Assembly (NCBI GenBank): GCA_047973305.1
Contig: JBKEBT010000150.1
Coordinates: 1,548 to 65,547, forward strand
Length of the DNA stretch: 64,000 bases
Source: Pyrinomonadaceae bacterium
GTDB taxonomy: Bacteria; Acidobacteriota; Blastocatellia; Pyrinomonadales; Pyrinomonadaceae
Direction: 5' to 3'
Shown: positions 1 to 10,195 of the stretch, piece after piece
Numbering within the stretch: the stretch's first letter is position 1
Layout: each line of letters opens with the position of its first letter
Translations under genes and position numbers: made by a program
Notes under the pieces: generated by a model
Seen by the model: only the letters and a program-made list of their open reading frames with translations
What the model was told of the DNA's origin: nothing
The model's database searches: none

Positions 1-1002
1 GCCGATAAAACCAATCATTGCATATCCAGCGTGTGCAATTGAAGAATATGCCAGCATCCGCTTGATGTTGTTTTGCACAACCGCCGCTACGTTTCCGAAA
101 GTCATTGTCAAAATTGCCAAGATGCTTAGAACGGTAATCCATGATTCGTGCAAAACCGCCGAAACTTCAAGCCCGGCAATTAGGGGAAAGCCCAACACAA
201 AAATTCTAATAAATGAGGCGAACCCAGCGGTTTTTGGACCCGCAGCCATAAATGCCGTAACGGGTGTAGGCGCACCCTCGTAAACATCGGGTGTCCAAAC
301 ATGAAATGGAACAGTTGCAATTTTAAATCCGAAGCCAATCAACAACATCGCGCCGCCGATAACATAAAGAAGCGGATATTGCGCATTTGATATCCCGACC
401 GCAATTTTTGATATATTTGTTGTGCCACCCGCACCGTAAAGCAGTGCCATTCCGTAAAGCAAAAAGCCCGAGGCAAATGAACCCAAAATAAAATATTTCA
501 TTGCTGATTCATTTGAACGCAAATCGTTCTTTCGCATACCCGCCATTACATAAGTGGCAATCGAAAGCGTTTCCAGACCAAGAAATATGATCACGAGATC
601 GTTTCCCGATGCCATAAAAAGCATGCCTACGGTAGCAAAAATCAGCATCGTATGAAATTCACCCGGGTCTACTGATTCACGTTTCATCCAAATTCCCGAC
701 ATCAAAATTGTAAGTCCGCTTACAATCAGCATCACCAGCGAAAAGCTCAGCCGAATTCCATCGGTTACAATCATTCCGTTAAATCCGCCGCCAGCCAAAA
801 TCGGGTTAGCCCAACAATAAAATAGTGCACCCGCCGATGCCAATAAGCCGAGAATTGCAATTATCGAAGTTTCGCGCAGCTTGTTCGGACGAAAACTGTC
901 GTAAATCATCAAAATAATTCCGGTCAACGCCAAAATCATTTCGGGGGATACCGCCGAAATAACTACGTTGGGATCTGATAGTTCTGCCAAAAAAATATTC
1001 AT
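1..1002 (-). CDS. nuoN: NADH-quinone oxidoreductase subunit N, N-terminal part (gene runs off the left window edge)
   Basis: The minus-strand frame is open from the ATG at 1002..1000 to position 1, so it has no stop and is missing from the ORF track. My translation begins MNIFLAELSDPNVVISAVSPEMILALTGIILMIYDSF. It is a hydrophobic antiporter-like protein lying 8 nt downstream of the nuoM stop. Confidence 0.8.
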   Translation of the reverse strand, partial: MNIFLAELSDPNVVISAVSPEMILALTGIILMIYDSFRPNKLRETSIIAILGLLASAGALFYCWANPILAGGGFNGMIVTDGIRLSFSLVMLIVSGLTILMSGIWMKRESVDPGEFHTMLIFATVGMLFMASGNDLVIIFLGLETLSIATYVMAGMRKNDLRSNESAMKYFILGSFASGFLLYGMALLYGAGGTTNISKIAVGISNAQYPLLYVIGGAMLLIGFGFKIATVPFHVWTPDVYEGAPTPVTAFMAAGPKTAGFASFIRIFVLGFPLIAGLEVSAVLHESWITVLSILAILTMTFGNVAAVVQNNIKRMLAYSSIAHAGYAMIGFIG

Positions 1003-1010
1003 CGTAAATA

Positions 1011-2597
1011 TCAGTGCGAATCTTGTTTAATAACTTCCGTTACCGTTCCGCCTGTAACATCACCGGTGACAGATTGCTGAATTGAAACAATACTTTCTTT
1101 TGAGCGATCCAAAATTGGTTTGGGATAAACGCCCATAAATACCATCAAAAAAAGTAGCGGCAGCATAAGCCCGATTTCACGCGGGCTAAGATCTTTTAAA
1201 CTTTTATTCTTTTCATTTGTAACCTTGCCGAAGAAAACCCTTTGCGCAAGCCACAACAGGTAAACCGCCGCAAAAATAACGCCCGTACCCGCAAACATCG
1301 CCGCCACGTGGTTCATGGAACCGGGGAGTATTTTCGATGTCCACATACCCAGCATTATCAAAAATTCCCCCACAAAGCCGTTTAAAAACGGCAAGCCGAT
1401 TGATGCCATTGTGGTAAATATCCAAAACGTTGCGTAAACCGGCATAACGCTTGACAGCCCGCCGTATTCGGTTATCAGCCTTGTATGACGGCGTTCGTAA
1501 ATAAAACCGACCAGCAAAAACAGCGCGCCGGTTGTTACACCGTGTGCAAGCATTGTATAAAGCGCGCCCTGCATTCCTTGTTCGGTAAAAGAAAACATTC
1601 CGAGCACTACAAAGCCCATATGCGCAACCGAAGAATATGCAACCAAACGTTTGATATCGGGCTGCACCATCGCAACAAGTGCGCCGTAAATTATTCCGAT
1701 GATTGCCAGAATGATGAAAATCCACGCAAACTTTCGCGAAGCTTCGGGAAAAAGAACAAAATTAAAGCGCATCAAACCGTACGTTCCCATCTTCAGCAAA
1801 ACACCTGCAAGAATTACGGAACCCGCCGTTGGGGCTTCGGTGTGCGCATCAGGCAACCAAGTATGAAACGGAAAAATCGGCACTTTTATCGCGAACGCCA
1901 GGGCAAACGCAGCAAAAAGAAGCAAGCCAGTGTTACCCGCAAAGGTCAATTGACCCGAGCGAATTGCAGTTGAAAGCGTAACGTAATCAAATGAACCGGC
2001 GCCTCCCGTAGCATTTGCGTAAAGAAAATAAAGCGCAATAATTGCGACCAGCATCAGAAGACTGCCAACTGCGGTAAAAATAAAGAATTTTAGTGCTGCG
2101 TAAATTCGATTTGATCCGCCCCAAATGCCAATCAAGAAAAACATGGGAACCAATGACGCCTCGAAAAACAAATAGAACAGAAGTATATCCAGCGATACAA
2201 AAACTCCTATCATTGCGCTTTCAAGCAACAAAAGCATTACGTAAAACGCGGTCTTGTGTTTTTCCACCGCGTGCCATGTTGAAAGCACCGCGATTGGCAT
2301 TAAAAACGTTGTTAGAATTACAAGCCAAAGACTAAACCCATCAATTCCAACGTGATAGTTTGTGTTGATAGCTTCAAGCCAATTTACATAGCGAACAAAA
2401 CCGAATTCGCCTACAACACGTCCCCCACCGGTAAACAGAAATAAAGAAAGTAGAAAGTTTACCAGCGTAAAACCCAGGGTTATCAGCTTTAGTTTTGACG
2501 TATCTTTCCAGTAAATGCTGTGCCCGATTACCAAAATTGCTCCAAACAGGGGCAGCATAATCAGGATTGTAAGCAGATTTTCGAGTAAAAAATTCAT
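1011..2597 (-). CDS. nuoM: NADH-quinone oxidoreductase subunit M
   Basis: 528-aa polytopic Mrp-antiporter-like protein with motifs WLPDAHTEAPTAGSVILAGVLLKMG and LVAYSSVAHMGFV. It sits between nuoL and nuoN. Confidence 0.92.
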   Translation of the reverse strand: MNFLLENLLTILIMLPLFGAILVIGHSIYWKDTSKLKLITLGFTLVNFLLSLFLFTGGGRVVGEFGFVRYVNWLEAINTNYHVGIDGFSLWLVILTTFLMPIAVLSTWHAVEKHKTAFYVMLLLLESAMIGVFVSLDILLFYLFFEASLVPMFFLIGIWGGSNRIYAALKFFIFTAVGSLLMLVAIIALYFLYANATGGAGSFDYVTLSTAIRSGQLTFAGNTGLLLFAAFALAFAIKVPIFPFHTWLPDAHTEAPTAGSVILAGVLLKMGTYGLMRFNFVLFPEASRKFAWIFIILAIIGIIYGALVAMVQPDIKRLVAYSSVAHMGFVVLGMFSFTEQGMQGALYTMLAHGVTTGALFLLVGFIYERRHTRLITEYGGLSSVMPVYATFWIFTTMASIGLPFLNGFVGEFLIMLGMWTSKILPGSMNHVAAMFAGTGVIFAAVYLLWLAQRVFFGKVTNEKNKSLKDLSPREIGLMLPLLFLMVFMGVYPKPILDRSKESIVSIQQSVTGDVTGGTVTEVIKQDSH

Positions 2598-2605
2598 TTA
2601 AAATC

Positions 2606-4786
2606 CTACGATACGAGCTTTAATCCGTAATAAATAAAATATCCGATAACAAATACGGCGCCGAGCAAAATAATCGCGGCATATGAGCGCACATAGCCTA
2701 CTTGAATTCTTCTAAACACAGCAGCTAGTTCTACTACAAATGCGCCAATTCCGTTGACAGCACCATCGATTATTCCAACATCGAACCCCTTCCAAAGCCC
2801 TTTTCTGGAAAAAGCTGTGATTGGGTCAACAATTAATTTGTTGTAAATTTCATCCAAATACCACTTTTGCACAAGAATTTTTGGCATCTTCTTGAGCGGA
2901 TGTTTTCCGAAATAGAAATAAGCGCCGATTACGGAAATAACCGCGAGCGTTAGCGAAAGAAGTGCCAATAAACGTTCGAGCGAAATTTCCGCGGGGTCAT
3001 GCGCCGCGTGTGCGGCTTCAGATGCCGACGCAGTCGCTTCCGCAGAATGTCCAGCGTTTCCGTGTGAACCTTCGGGCGCAACTTCCGTCGCGTGCGCGCC
3101 CGTTGACGGAACTTCGGCAATTACCGGTTCCAAAGTTTGTTCAAAAACATTAATATCGCCCGCGCCAACGCGGCTTGAAAGTGCATACGGAATTCCGACC
3201 AATCCGCCGGTTGTTGCCAAAAATGCCAAAATTATCAGCGGCACGGTCATGGAAAGCGGCGATTCATGCGGCTTAAAATCTTTGGGAAGTGCGTGATGGT
3301 CATCATCATGGGCGTGATCTTCGCCTTCTAATTCATCATGAAACCGTTCTTTGCCCCAGAAGGTCATAACCATCATTCGGGTCATATAAACCGCCGTCAT
3401 TACCGCGGTGATTAGACCTATCAACCATAAAAACTTTGAGTAACCACCGAATGCCGTGTTTGCAAAAGTTTTGTATAAAATTTCATCCTTTGAGAAGAAG
3501 CCGGCAAACGGAAACCAGCCGGCGATTGCCAATGTGCCGATTGCCATCGTAATCCACGTGATTTTCATATACTTCTTCAAATTCCCCATCTTTCGCATAT
3601 CTTGTTCATGATGCATTCCATTGATCACGGAACCAGAACCAAGAAAGAGAAGTGCTTTGAAGAAGGCGTGAGTCATTACGTGAAAAATCGCGGCTCCGAA
3701 TGCGCCCACACCGCACGCCAAAAACATATATCCAAGCTGCGAAACAGTTGAATATGCCAGAACCTTTTTTATGTCGTTTTGTGCAATTGCTATTGATGCG
3801 GCAAAAATCGCGGTTGCCGTTCCGATAGTTGCGACAATTGCCATCGCCATCGGCGCGTTTTGAAAGATGATGTTCGAGCGAACTACAAGATAAACTCCGG
3901 CGGTTACCATTGTTGCCGCGTGAATCAAAGCCGATACGGGTGTTGGACCCGCCATTGCGTCAGGCAACCACGTTAGCAACGGAATTTGCGCAGATTTTCC
4001 CGTTGCGCCAATAAACAAAAACAGCGCAGCAGAGGTTAAACCGCCGGCGAAAATCATATTCCACGTAAAGGGTTCCGCCGCGTTAATGTTTTGCGCAACC
4101 CAACTAAACACGCTCGAAACTTGCGTGCCTCCAACGTTTTTATCGAAGAAATTTAGGGTGCCCGTAAACGAATATATTAGGAACATTCCCATCAGAACGC
4201 CCCAATCTCCAATACGGTTCATCACAAACGCCTTTTTTGCAGCGCGTCGCGCTTCATCTTTTTCGATGTAGTAACCAATTAGAAGATACGAACAGAGTCC
4301 TACACCTTCCCAACCGACAAACATCAAAAGATAATTATCGGCAAGAACAAGCGTAAGCATTGCAAACATAAACAGGTTAAGATAAGCAAAGAACCTGTAA
4401 AAGCCGCTATCGCCATGCATATAGCCGGTTGCAAAAATGTGGATTAAGAGCCCCACAAACGTTATAAAGCAAACGTAAATGCCCGAAAGGCGATCCATTC
4501 CGAGGGCGAAATCGACATGGAAGTTTCCCACCTGAATCCACGTCCAGATTTGATCGAGAATCGGTTTATCGGCAAACAATGCACCGGCATGTCCTACGCC
4601 AACACCAAAGGCAATCATAAACGAAACGAGGCACGAAATACCGACCGCCATACAAGCTACAATGCCGCTAAATTTTTCATTCTTAAGCCTGCCACCAATC
4701 AGCCAATTTACAGCTGCGCCAACTAGCGGGGCGAAAATTATTACGCTTAATAGATTATTCTCAATCATTACTGTTAAAGAAAACAA
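2606..4786 (-). CDS. nuoL: NADH-quinone oxidoreductase subunit L (extended, 726 aa)
   Basis: Motifs GWEGVGLCSYLLIGYY, LPDAMAGPTPVSALIHAATMVTAGVY and AYSTVSQLGYMF match NuoL/ND5. It carries His/Asp- and Ala/His-rich insertions before the C-terminal lateral-helix region. Confidence 0.92.
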   Translation of the reverse strand: MFSLTVMIENNLLSVIIFAPLVGAAVNWLIGGRLKNEKFSGIVACMAVGISCLVSFMIAFGVGVGHAGALFADKPILDQIWTWIQVGNFHVDFALGMDRLSGIYVCFITFVGLLIHIFATGYMHGDSGFYRFFAYLNLFMFAMLTLVLADNYLLMFVGWEGVGLCSYLLIGYYIEKDEARRAAKKAFVMNRIGDWGVLMGMFLIYSFTGTLNFFDKNVGGTQVSSVFSWVAQNINAAEPFTWNMIFAGGLTSAALFLFIGATGKSAQIPLLTWLPDAMAGPTPVSALIHAATMVTAGVYLVVRSNIIFQNAPMAMAIVATIGTATAIFAASIAIAQNDIKKVLAYSTVSQLGYMFLACGVGAFGAAIFHVMTHAFFKALLFLGSGSVINGMHHEQDMRKMGNLKKYMKITWITMAIGTLAIAGWFPFAGFFSKDEILYKTFANTAFGGYSKFLWLIGLITAVMTAVYMTRMMVMTFWGKERFHDELEGEDHAHDDDHHALPKDFKPHESPLSMTVPLIILAFLATTGGLVGIPYALSSRVGAGDINVFEQTLEPVIAEVPSTGAHATEVAPEGSHGNAGHSAEATASASEAAHAAHDPAEISLERLLALLSLTLAVISVIGAYFYFGKHPLKKMPKILVQKWYLDEIYNKLIVDPITAFSRKGLWKGFDVGIIDGAVNGIGAFVVELAAVFRRIQVGYVRSYAAIILLGAVFVIGYFIYYGLKLVS

Positions 4787-4882
4787 TTTGTTTTCAACTA
4801 CTTTTTTCTACTTTCTTCCCAATTCACATCGCGGTATGCAGTTTGATTCGCGTAAACACTGCCATCGCAATGGTTTAACCGA

Positions 4883-5830
4883 CTACTTTTCTGCCGTATT
4901 CGAAACTGCATCATAATAAACCTTGCCGTTTCGTTGATCGAAAACAACAATTCGGTTCACGCCCACGTACAGCTTGGTCAAACTCGGACCTTTTTCGCCG
5001 TTCGGTGTAGCTTCAACGCATTTTGGCGTTGCAAAAACTGCGATTCTAAGATATTCAGCGATTTTCTTCGCCTGTTCACGATCTACAAAGAACGTGAAAT
5101 CATAGGATTCAGCAGAATTTGCATTTGCAACACATTTTCCACCACCCGCGATAGCCGTTCCATTTGCCAACGAACCAATTGCAAGTTCGTAAAGCGTTGG
5201 ATATTTTGAAAAATCGCTGTATCTAACTACGTTGCTCTTTCCGTCAAGCATCAGCTTTGAAAGCGCCCATCCAACCGCAAAACTAAATTCTTGCGTTTCA
5301 GCAGTGTAATTATTCGCGTTCTGAATTTCCGGAAAGCTTGGTCCATTCCATTGTCGGTCAAAAACAAACGCCATATCCGAAACTTTTCGCGGGTCGCCTT
5401 TCAGCTTCAAATTTGAAAAGTCACGATTAACACGTGCTGCATGTTCTTCTGTGGTTTCAAATTCACTCTTCGAAAAATTAATCGTGTTTAGCGCATCTAT
5501 CACATCGCCAACCGGATAGCTTTTCAAGTTAGAATCAAATATCGAAACTTCTTTCTTTGGCTCACTCCAAAATTCCCAAGTCATATTTGGGTGAAGCACA
5601 ACCTTAACGCCATCGGGCGTTGAGGCGATTATCGATTTCGAACCGGTTGAACTTTCGGGGGCTGAAAGTGCATCAGTTTTAACCACCTTTGCCGTTTTCG
5701 TAGGCTTTGTTGTCGTTTCGTTAACGCGTTTTCCTCCGGTCTTTGACTTAGTTGAAGTGCTTTGCGCTAACCCGCCAACGGAAAGGCTAATGGTAATAAT
5801 TGTCAAAAAAGTAACAAATCTAAAGTTCAT
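4883..5830 (-). CDS. Secreted hypothetical protein inserted between nuoK and nuoL
   Basis: ORF 4883..5872. The ATG at 5830 follows a GGGGGA Shine-Dalgarno and yields MNFRFVTFLTIITISLSVGGLAQ, which looks like a signal peptide. I recognised no family. Confidence 0.6.
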   Translation of the reverse strand: MNFRFVTFLTIITISLSVGGLAQSTSTKSKTGGKRVNETTTKPTKTAKVVKTDALSAPESSTGSKSIIASTPDGVKVVLHPNMTWEFWSEPKKEVSIFDSNLKSYPVGDVIDALNTINFSKSEFETTEEHAARVNRDFSNLKLKGDPRKVSDMAFVFDRQWNGPSFPEIQNANNYTAETQEFSFAVGWALSKLMLDGKSNVVRYSDFSKYPTLYELAIGSLANGTAIAGGGKCVANANSAESYDFTFFVDREQAKKIAEYLRIAVFATPKCVEATPNGEKGPSLTKLYVGVNRIVVFDQRNGKVYYDAVSNTAEK

Positions 5831-5895
5831 GAATCCCCCTAAGTGCCGAACAAACTCCGTTCTAACTTTCAATAGAATTTCGGGAGTGCAAAAAG

Positions 5896-6201
5896 CTAGT
5901 CTTTCATTAAATCGGCTTCATCTACGTCAACCGAAAGTTTATTACGGAAAAACGTGATGATGATGCCGAGCCCAACTGCCGCTTCCACCGCCGCAACGCT
6001 CATTACAACAAACACAAATAGCTGACCGGTTGTATCGCCATAATGCCGCGCAAATGCGACAAATGTTAGATTTACCGCGTTCAGCATTAATTCGATACAC
6101 ATAAACATACCAATTGCGTTGCGCTTGTAAATTACGCCAACTGCGCCGATAGTAAACAGTATGCCCGAAAGGGCAAGGTAACTTTCCAAACCGGGTTCCA
6201 T
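5896..6201 (-). CDS. nuoK: NADH-quinone oxidoreductase subunit K
   Basis: 101-aa protein with three TM segments and the motif [14 protein letters not shown]. It overlaps the nuoJ stop by 1 nt. Confidence 0.92.
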   Translation of the reverse strand: MEPGLESYLALSGILFTIGAVGVIYKRNAIGMFMCIELMLNAVNLTFVAFARHYGDTTGQLFVFVVMSVAAVEAAVGLGIIITFFRNKLSVDVDEADLMKD

Positions 6202-6728
6202 TATTCCGCCCCTTTTCCTGTTAAGTTTTTATTTTCCTTAAATCTACGCGCCATTATCATCGCACCGACTATACCCATCAAAAGTAAAATCCCGACGATT
6301 TCAACCGGCAAAAGGTATTCCGAATACATCGCCTCACCGATGCTAAGCGAAGTTCCCGCGAGCGTATTCTTGGGGGATGTTTGTGCCGCCGCGCGAACTA
6401 CATAAAATACAAAAAACGTTTGAGCCAAAAGAATTGCACCAAGAACGCCACCAACCGCATATAGGTAACGGAGGCTGTTTAACTTAAGTTCTTCATCCAA
6501 ATTAAGAAGCAAAATTACAAAAATCACCAAAACCATAATCGCGCCCGCATACACAAGAATTTGCGCAATCGCTATAAAGGGTGCCATTAAAGTTAGATAA
6601 ATACTTGCAAGCGCGATAAATGTACCAATCAACGAAATAGCGCTATATAGCGCGTTCCTCTGATATACGCAAGAAATCGCGCAAGCGATTGCAAGTCCGG
6701 CGAGTAAGAAAAATATCGGTGTAACCAT
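6201..6728 (-). CDS. nuoJ: NADH-quinone oxidoreductase subunit J
   Basis: 175-aa hydrophobic protein positioned between nuoH and nuoK, with an ND6-like pattern ([19 protein letters not shown]). Confidence 0.88.
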   Translation of the reverse strand: MVTPIFFLLAGLAIACAISCVYQRNALYSAISLIGTFIALASIYLTLMAPFIAIAQILVYAGAIMVLVIFVILLLNLDEELKLNSLRYLYAVGGVLGAILLAQTFFVFYVVRAAAQTSPKNTLAGTSLSIGEAMYSEYLLPVEIVGILLLMGIVGAMIMARRFKENKNLTGKGAE

Positions 6729-6807
6729 CGTAAATTTATTCGCAAAAGAAAGTTATTAACATAAGTTTAACGCTTTAATTTTGCATTTAAAGCCGCGCAC
6801 CAAAAAT

Positions 6808-7941
6808 CTAACGATTAAGAAGGAAAACAATTGTAACCGTCAAAATCAAATTCCCAATCGCAACCGGCAAAAGAAACTTCCAGCCAAAGTTCATAAGCTG
6901 GTCAAATCTAAAACGCGGTAACGTTCCGCGAATCCAAATATACAAAAACAAAAACGCAAATATTTTAATCAAAAAGCTGCCAAAGCTTAAAATCGCATAT
7001 AGCCAGCCTCCGGGTTCAGCCAGGTATCCGATTCCGGGTGTGTACCATCCGCCGAGAAAAAGCGTTACACACATAACCGAAACCGTGAACATATTCACGT
7101 ATTCCGCCATAAAAAACAACGCGAATTTCAGCGCCGAATATTCTGTATGAAAACCCGCAACCAGTTCTGTTTCAGCTTCTGGTAAATCAAACGGCACGCG
7201 ATTGGTTTCTGCAAAAGCCGCAATCAAAAACACGACAAAGCCCAAAAACTGTGGCACTATGAACCACTTCATATACCACGGCGCGGTAACTTGCGCGTTT
7301 ACAATGTCTGCCAAATTCAACGACCCTGCAATCATCACCACACCGATTACCGATGCGCCCATTGCCAATTCATATGAAATCATTTGTGCCGTTGAACGAA
7401 GTCCGCCAAAAAGTGAATACTTGGAGTTTGAAGACCAGCCAGCAAGTGCGATTCCGTAAACGCCAACCGAAGTTATGGCAAGAACATAAAGCACGCCGAT
7501 ATCCAATTGCGCAATTGAAAGCGGCATGTTAATCATTCGCGGCGCAAGCCAAGCAGCACCCTCGCCCAACAACGGAATCCCTTGAATATAGGGCAAAATT
7601 GCGCCAAGCGGATCCTTTATGGTGGGTCCGAACGGATAAACAATCATTGGCATCAGCGCGCAGGTTAACGCAACTACCGGCGCGAGATAAAAAATCACCT
7701 TTGTTGATTTATCCGGTGCGATATCTTCCTTAACAATAAATTTCAAAAGATCGGCGAACGGTTGTAACAATCCCCATGGTCCTACACGGTTGGGACCTAC
7801 GCGCCCTTGCAGCCATCCCAGCACTTTTCGTTCCGCCAAAACGGTATATGCAACAATCATCAAAACTACGCCAAAAGCGAGTATTGCAGCAATCAAAATT
7901 GCGACGATTGGAAAAATTGTGTCAGCCAAAGAAGTTTGCAT
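6808..7941 (-). CDS. nuoH: NADH-quinone oxidoreductase subunit H
   Basis: Motifs AERKVLGWLQGRVGPNRVGPWGLLQPFAD and ETNRVPFDLPEAETELVAGFHTEYS are typical of NuoH/ND1. Confidence 0.95.
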   Translation of the reverse strand: MQTSLADTIFPIVAILIAAILAFGVVLMIVAYTVLAERKVLGWLQGRVGPNRVGPWGLLQPFADLLKFIVKEDIAPDKSTKVIFYLAPVVALTCALMPMIVYPFGPTIKDPLGAILPYIQGIPLLGEGAAWLAPRMINMPLSIAQLDIGVLYVLAITSVGVYGIALAGWSSNSKYSLFGGLRSTAQMISYELAMGASVIGVVMIAGSLNLADIVNAQVTAPWYMKWFIVPQFLGFVVFLIAAFAETNRVPFDLPEAETELVAGFHTEYSALKFALFFMAEYVNMFTVSVMCVTLFLGGWYTPGIGYLAEPGGWLYAILSFGSFLIKIFAFLFLYIWIRGTLPRFRFDQLMNFGWKFLLPVAIGNLILTVTIVFLLNR

Positions 7942-7943
7942 AA

Positions 7944-10184
7944 TTAATTTACCGTCGCCGCCTCCGTTTCAGCCGATTTCGGCGAACCATCCGGATTCAT
8001 TTGCGAAAGCGGGGAAACGAAAAGCGATTCCGGCTTTGGGTTTCCGTTTGCAAGCAAATGAAACTGCATGGTTTTCTCTGTCATTGTTGTCAGACGAAAC
8101 AGCTTGTGTCCGACTTTCGGCGTTACTTCGTTCTTTTTGCCGTTATCAACCAATGAAGCAATGCCACCCGAAAGCCGTTCGAGCGATGCCGAAATATCTG
8201 CGGTTTCGTTTATTGAATGTTTTATTTGAACCGGGTTTGATTCATCTCTCAAATCAGGATATCGCAACCCTTGGTAGATACTTACGGATTCCGCAATATC
8301 GCGAAAAACCGCCGATGCGGACATTTCGTATCCGAAATCTACACCCATTTTCTTTGCAATTGCCGCTGTAATCATCCAATCTGCCCTGGATTGGTAAACC
8401 GGTTCTATTGCCTTTCTAACGCGTTGCACATTTCCCGCATTGTTTGTGTAAGTGCCGTCAACCTCCGCAAAACTTGCAGCAGGCAAAACAATATCCGCGT
8501 ATTCGGTGGTTTCGTTTTCAAACATTTCCTGAACAACAACAAATTCCTTGCCCGCCAAACCGGAAATATCGTAAACGCCACCGCCGATTAAAAGCACATT
8601 TGAAGTTTCGATAACATCCTCAAAGGTTCGTTTGCCTTCCATCATATCGTTTGCGCCGATGGAATTATTATAAAGTGGAAGTGGATGAATTAGCACGCGC
8701 GAACTTTCGCCACCCAAATTCTTTGCCACACCCGCAAACACGGCTTGAGAATGTTTTGAAAGATTGCCGCCAATCATCACTATAATGTCACCCGCGGTTT
8801 CGGCAAGTGTGTTCTTGATTTGCGTAACCTCATCTTTTGAAACGCCCATTTTTGCACACGCTGTTTCGTCACCACTGAGCAGCGCAGGCGCAAATGCCTC
8901 AATCGAACCGGTATTTACGTGTAAAAACTGTGTTGCGGTTGCGGTTAAACGTATTGGTGTTTCATTAACTATTATCAACTTCGCGTTGTTTTTATCTGCC
9001 GCTTGGCGAATTTGCTTCGCCGTAAAGGTCTGTTCTTCTTCAGGTTCGCCGCCGATTAGAAGAATAGTTTTTGCATAACGAATTTCCTTGTGCGTGGAAA
9101 GCGGGGCGCTAAGATTTTCAAACAACGGCGCGAGATCGTACGCATCCGATATCGCAAAATTGTCGTTTGCAAGCACATCACGCGCGAACCGTTTTAAGGT
9201 AAAAATCGCCTCGTTTGTCAGCCTTGAGCTCGCAATAACGCCAATGTTAGAAGTGGTCGCCGCAAAGCGTTCTGCAATCATTCCAAGGGCATCATCCCAT
9301 GTTGCGGGAATAAGCTTTCCGCCTTTTTTATATCTAACCAAAGGCGTTCTAATACGATCCGGATGATTAATAAATTCGTGAGCGAACCGTGCTTTTACAT
9401 CCAAAAACTCACCGTTTAAGCCGTTTACGTATCTGTCACGCGCGACAATTCTGTGAACTTCACCGGCGCGTGAACCTATTGAAAGCTGCATTCCGTCAGA
9501 ACCGTAAGTATCGGTTGTGATTGTTTGGTCAAGCTCCCAAGGACGGGTGGAATGCTTATAAACTCCGTCGAGAAGCGTTCCGGTCGGACAAACTTCAACA
9601 CAGTTTCCGCACTGTGAACAATCAAGCCAGCCGCCGTATGTGCCGATTACGGAATTTGCACCGCGATTTGCCGCTTCTATTACGTCTTCGCCCATCCATT
9701 CATGGCAAACCCGCGTACAACGTTTACATAAAATGCACCGTTGCTGATCGTTTGCCACCATCGGAGAAAGATACTTTTCCGGATGTGCATTTTTATTTTC
9801 ATGAAAGCGACCTTCAATATCGCCCCAATCGAATATAACTTCCTGCAATTCGCATTCGCCGCCGCGATCACAAACAGGGCAATCCAGCGGGTGGTTTGCA
9901 AGAAGAAATTCGCCCATTGCACGTTGTGATTTTTCGATTTCTTCACTTTTTGTCGTGACGACCATACCTTCGCGCACGGGAATTGAGCAAGATGCCTGCA
10001 ACTTCGGCATTTTTTCAATTCGAACCAAGCACATGCGGCACGATGCCTGCACTTTCAAATCGCTGTAATAACAAAACGATGGAATTCCGCAACCGTTGTT
10101 ATTGCAAGCATCTATAAGCGGCGAACCTTCCGGAACTTCCACTTCTTGCCCATCAATCGTGATTTTTACTAGATTTTCTGACAT
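7944..10184 (-). CDS. nuoG: NADH-quinone oxidoreductase subunit G (75-kDa type)
   Basis: N-terminal 2Fe-2S and 4Fe-4S cysteine motifs (CRMCLV, HPLDCPVCDRGGECELQ, CILCKRCTRVC, CSQCGNCVEVCPTG) followed by a molybdopterin-oxidoreductase-like domain. I placed the start at the ATG at 10184; the track uses a TTG at 10193. Confidence 0.92.
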   Translation of the reverse strand: MSENLVKITIDGQEVEVPEGSPLIDACNNNGCGIPSFCYYSDLKVQASCRMCLVRIEKMPKLQASCSIPVREGMVVTTKSEEIEKSQRAMGEFLLANHPLDCPVCDRGGECELQEVIFDWGDIEGRFHENKNAHPEKYLSPMVANDQQRCILCKRCTRVCHEWMGEDVIEAANRGANSVIGTYGGWLDCSQCGNCVEVCPTGTLLDGVYKHSTRPWELDQTITTDTYGSDGMQLSIGSRAGEVHRIVARDRYVNGLNGEFLDVKARFAHEFINHPDRIRTPLVRYKKGGKLIPATWDDALGMIAERFAATTSNIGVIASSRLTNEAIFTLKRFARDVLANDNFAISDAYDLAPLFENLSAPLSTHKEIRYAKTILLIGGEPEEEQTFTAKQIRQAADKNNAKLIIVNETPIRLTATATQFLHVNTGSIEAFAPALLSGDETACAKMGVSKDEVTQIKNTLAETAGDIIVMIGGNLSKHSQAVFAGVAKNLGGESSRVLIHPLPLYNNSIGANDMMEGKRTFEDVIETSNVLLIGGGVYDISGLAGKEFVVVQEMFENETTEYADIVLPAASFAEVDGTYTNNAGNVQRVRKAIEPVYQSRADWMITAAIAKKMGVDFGYEMSASAVFRDIAESVSIYQGLRYPDLRDESNPVQIKHSINETADISASLERLSGGIASLVDNGKKNEVTPKVGHKLFRLTTMTEKTMQFHLLANGNPKPESLFVSPLSQMNPDGSPKSAETEAATVN

Positions 10185-10195
10185 ATTCGGCAAAT

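Noticed and set aside
1213-1973. Long antisense or alternative-frame ORFs inside confirmed genes (for example 1213..1725, 1485..1973, 8271..8591, 26496..26933, 37353..37832, 41830..42306).
   Set aside because: They overlap strongly supported genes, their translations are low-complexity or Arg/Cys-rich without motifs, and such shadow ORFs are expected from codon bias.
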